A stretch of DNA of 56,426 nt from a virus, in IMG/VR virus record IMGVR_UViG_3300025087_000082, positions 1 through 56,426 of that record; one strand, given 5' to 3'. Each line of letters starts with the position of its first letter. Positions within the stretch are counted from its first letter, which is position 1. The translations under genes and the position numbers were made by a program. The notes under the pieces were generated by a model, which was given only the letters and a program-made list of their open reading frames with translations, did no database searches and was not told the origin of the DNA. Of this stretch, positions 56,162-56,426 are shown in pieces.

Positions 56162-56426
56162 ATGGCAAAGCATCCGACCAAGATACGCAAGGCGCAACTA
56201 CTCAAGGCAATCGCAGGCAGCGGCGGCATTGTCTCGACTATCGCGGCGCGGCTGGATGTCTCATGGTCTACAGCTAAGGGTGCTATTCCTGTATACCCTG
56301 AAGCACAGGCCGCCTATGATGCGGAGTGCGAGTTACCGCTTGACATGGCAGAAAGCGTGCTGGTCAAGAATATCGCCTATGCCGTAAAGGAACAGGAGCA
56401 GACGCAGAAGCCGGTTGATGCTGGCG
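56162..56426 (+). CDS. terS: Terminase small subunit, 5' part (ORF continues through the overlap into 1..237)
   Basis: ATG at 56162. Translation MAKHPTKIRKAQLLKAIAGSGGIVSTIAARLDVSWSTAKGAI has an HTH-like N-terminus. It is in frame with the 34..237 ORF across the repeat, giving 128 aa in the circular genome. It lies immediately upstream of terL. Confidence 0.6.
   Translation, partial: MAKHPTKIRKAQLLKAIAGSGGIVSTIAARLDVSWSTAKGAIPVYPEAQAAYDAECELPLDMAESVLVKNIAYAVKEQEQTQKPVDAG
56312..56426. repeat. Second copy of the 115-bp terminal direct repeat
   Basis: Exact match to 1..115. Confidence 0.95.

Noticed and set aside
1-56426. tRNA/rRNA genes, a diversity-generating retroelement or a retron.
   Set aside because: No tRNA-like T-arm or acceptor patterns were seen in the few intergenic gaps. 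There is no reverse transcriptase-like ORF and no template/variable repeat pair in the tail genes.

Overview
The window is a complete dsDNA phage genome. The first 115 nt are identical to the last 115 nt, so the unique length is about 56,311 bp and the molecule is circular or circularly permuted. The layout looks siphovirus-like. The plus strand from 0 to 32.5 kb carries terS, a GIY-YIG homing endonuclease, terL, portal, a MuF-like protein, a fused prohead protease-scaffold-HK97-type capsid gene, connector and neck genes, major tail protein, frameshifted tail chaperone, tape measure and distal tail/fibre genes. The head module is split by a 7.5-kb metabolic island (7.2-14.8 kb) that appears to make a branched, C-methylated 3,6-dideoxyhexose. 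It encodes an E1/RfbH-type 3-dehydrase, a split YerE/ALS-like ThDP enzyme, a Zn-ribbon C-methyltransferase, a radical-SAM/SPASM enzyme and two SDR/epimerase-type reductases. A GT-A glycosyltransferase sits just after the capsid genes. The most unusual region is the minus-strand operon at 32.7-36.8 kb. A consensus promoter drives three coupled small genes, followed by nine small gene cassettes. Each cassette ends in a 111-142 bp imperfect palindrome with the hallmarks of an integron attC site: R'' RYYYAAC, R' GTTRRRY, L boxes and an unpaired T. R-box variants pair across cassette boundaries as expected for crossover at G|TT. No integrase of any kind is visible in the genome, so this is a CALIN-like array inside a phage. 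The right arm (36.9-56.1 kb, mostly plus strand) holds an HTH regulator at a symmetric divergent promoter switch, many small zinc-ribbon and membrane ORFs, DnaB, three complete DNA methyltransferases plus one truncated, an iteron-like CCTAGTGGCAG repeat field, a metallophosphoesterase, holin-like genes and several HNH endonucleases. No tRNA, rRNA, CRISPR array or recognisable endolysin catalytic domain was seen. All functional calls rest on motif recognition by eye; no database search was possible.
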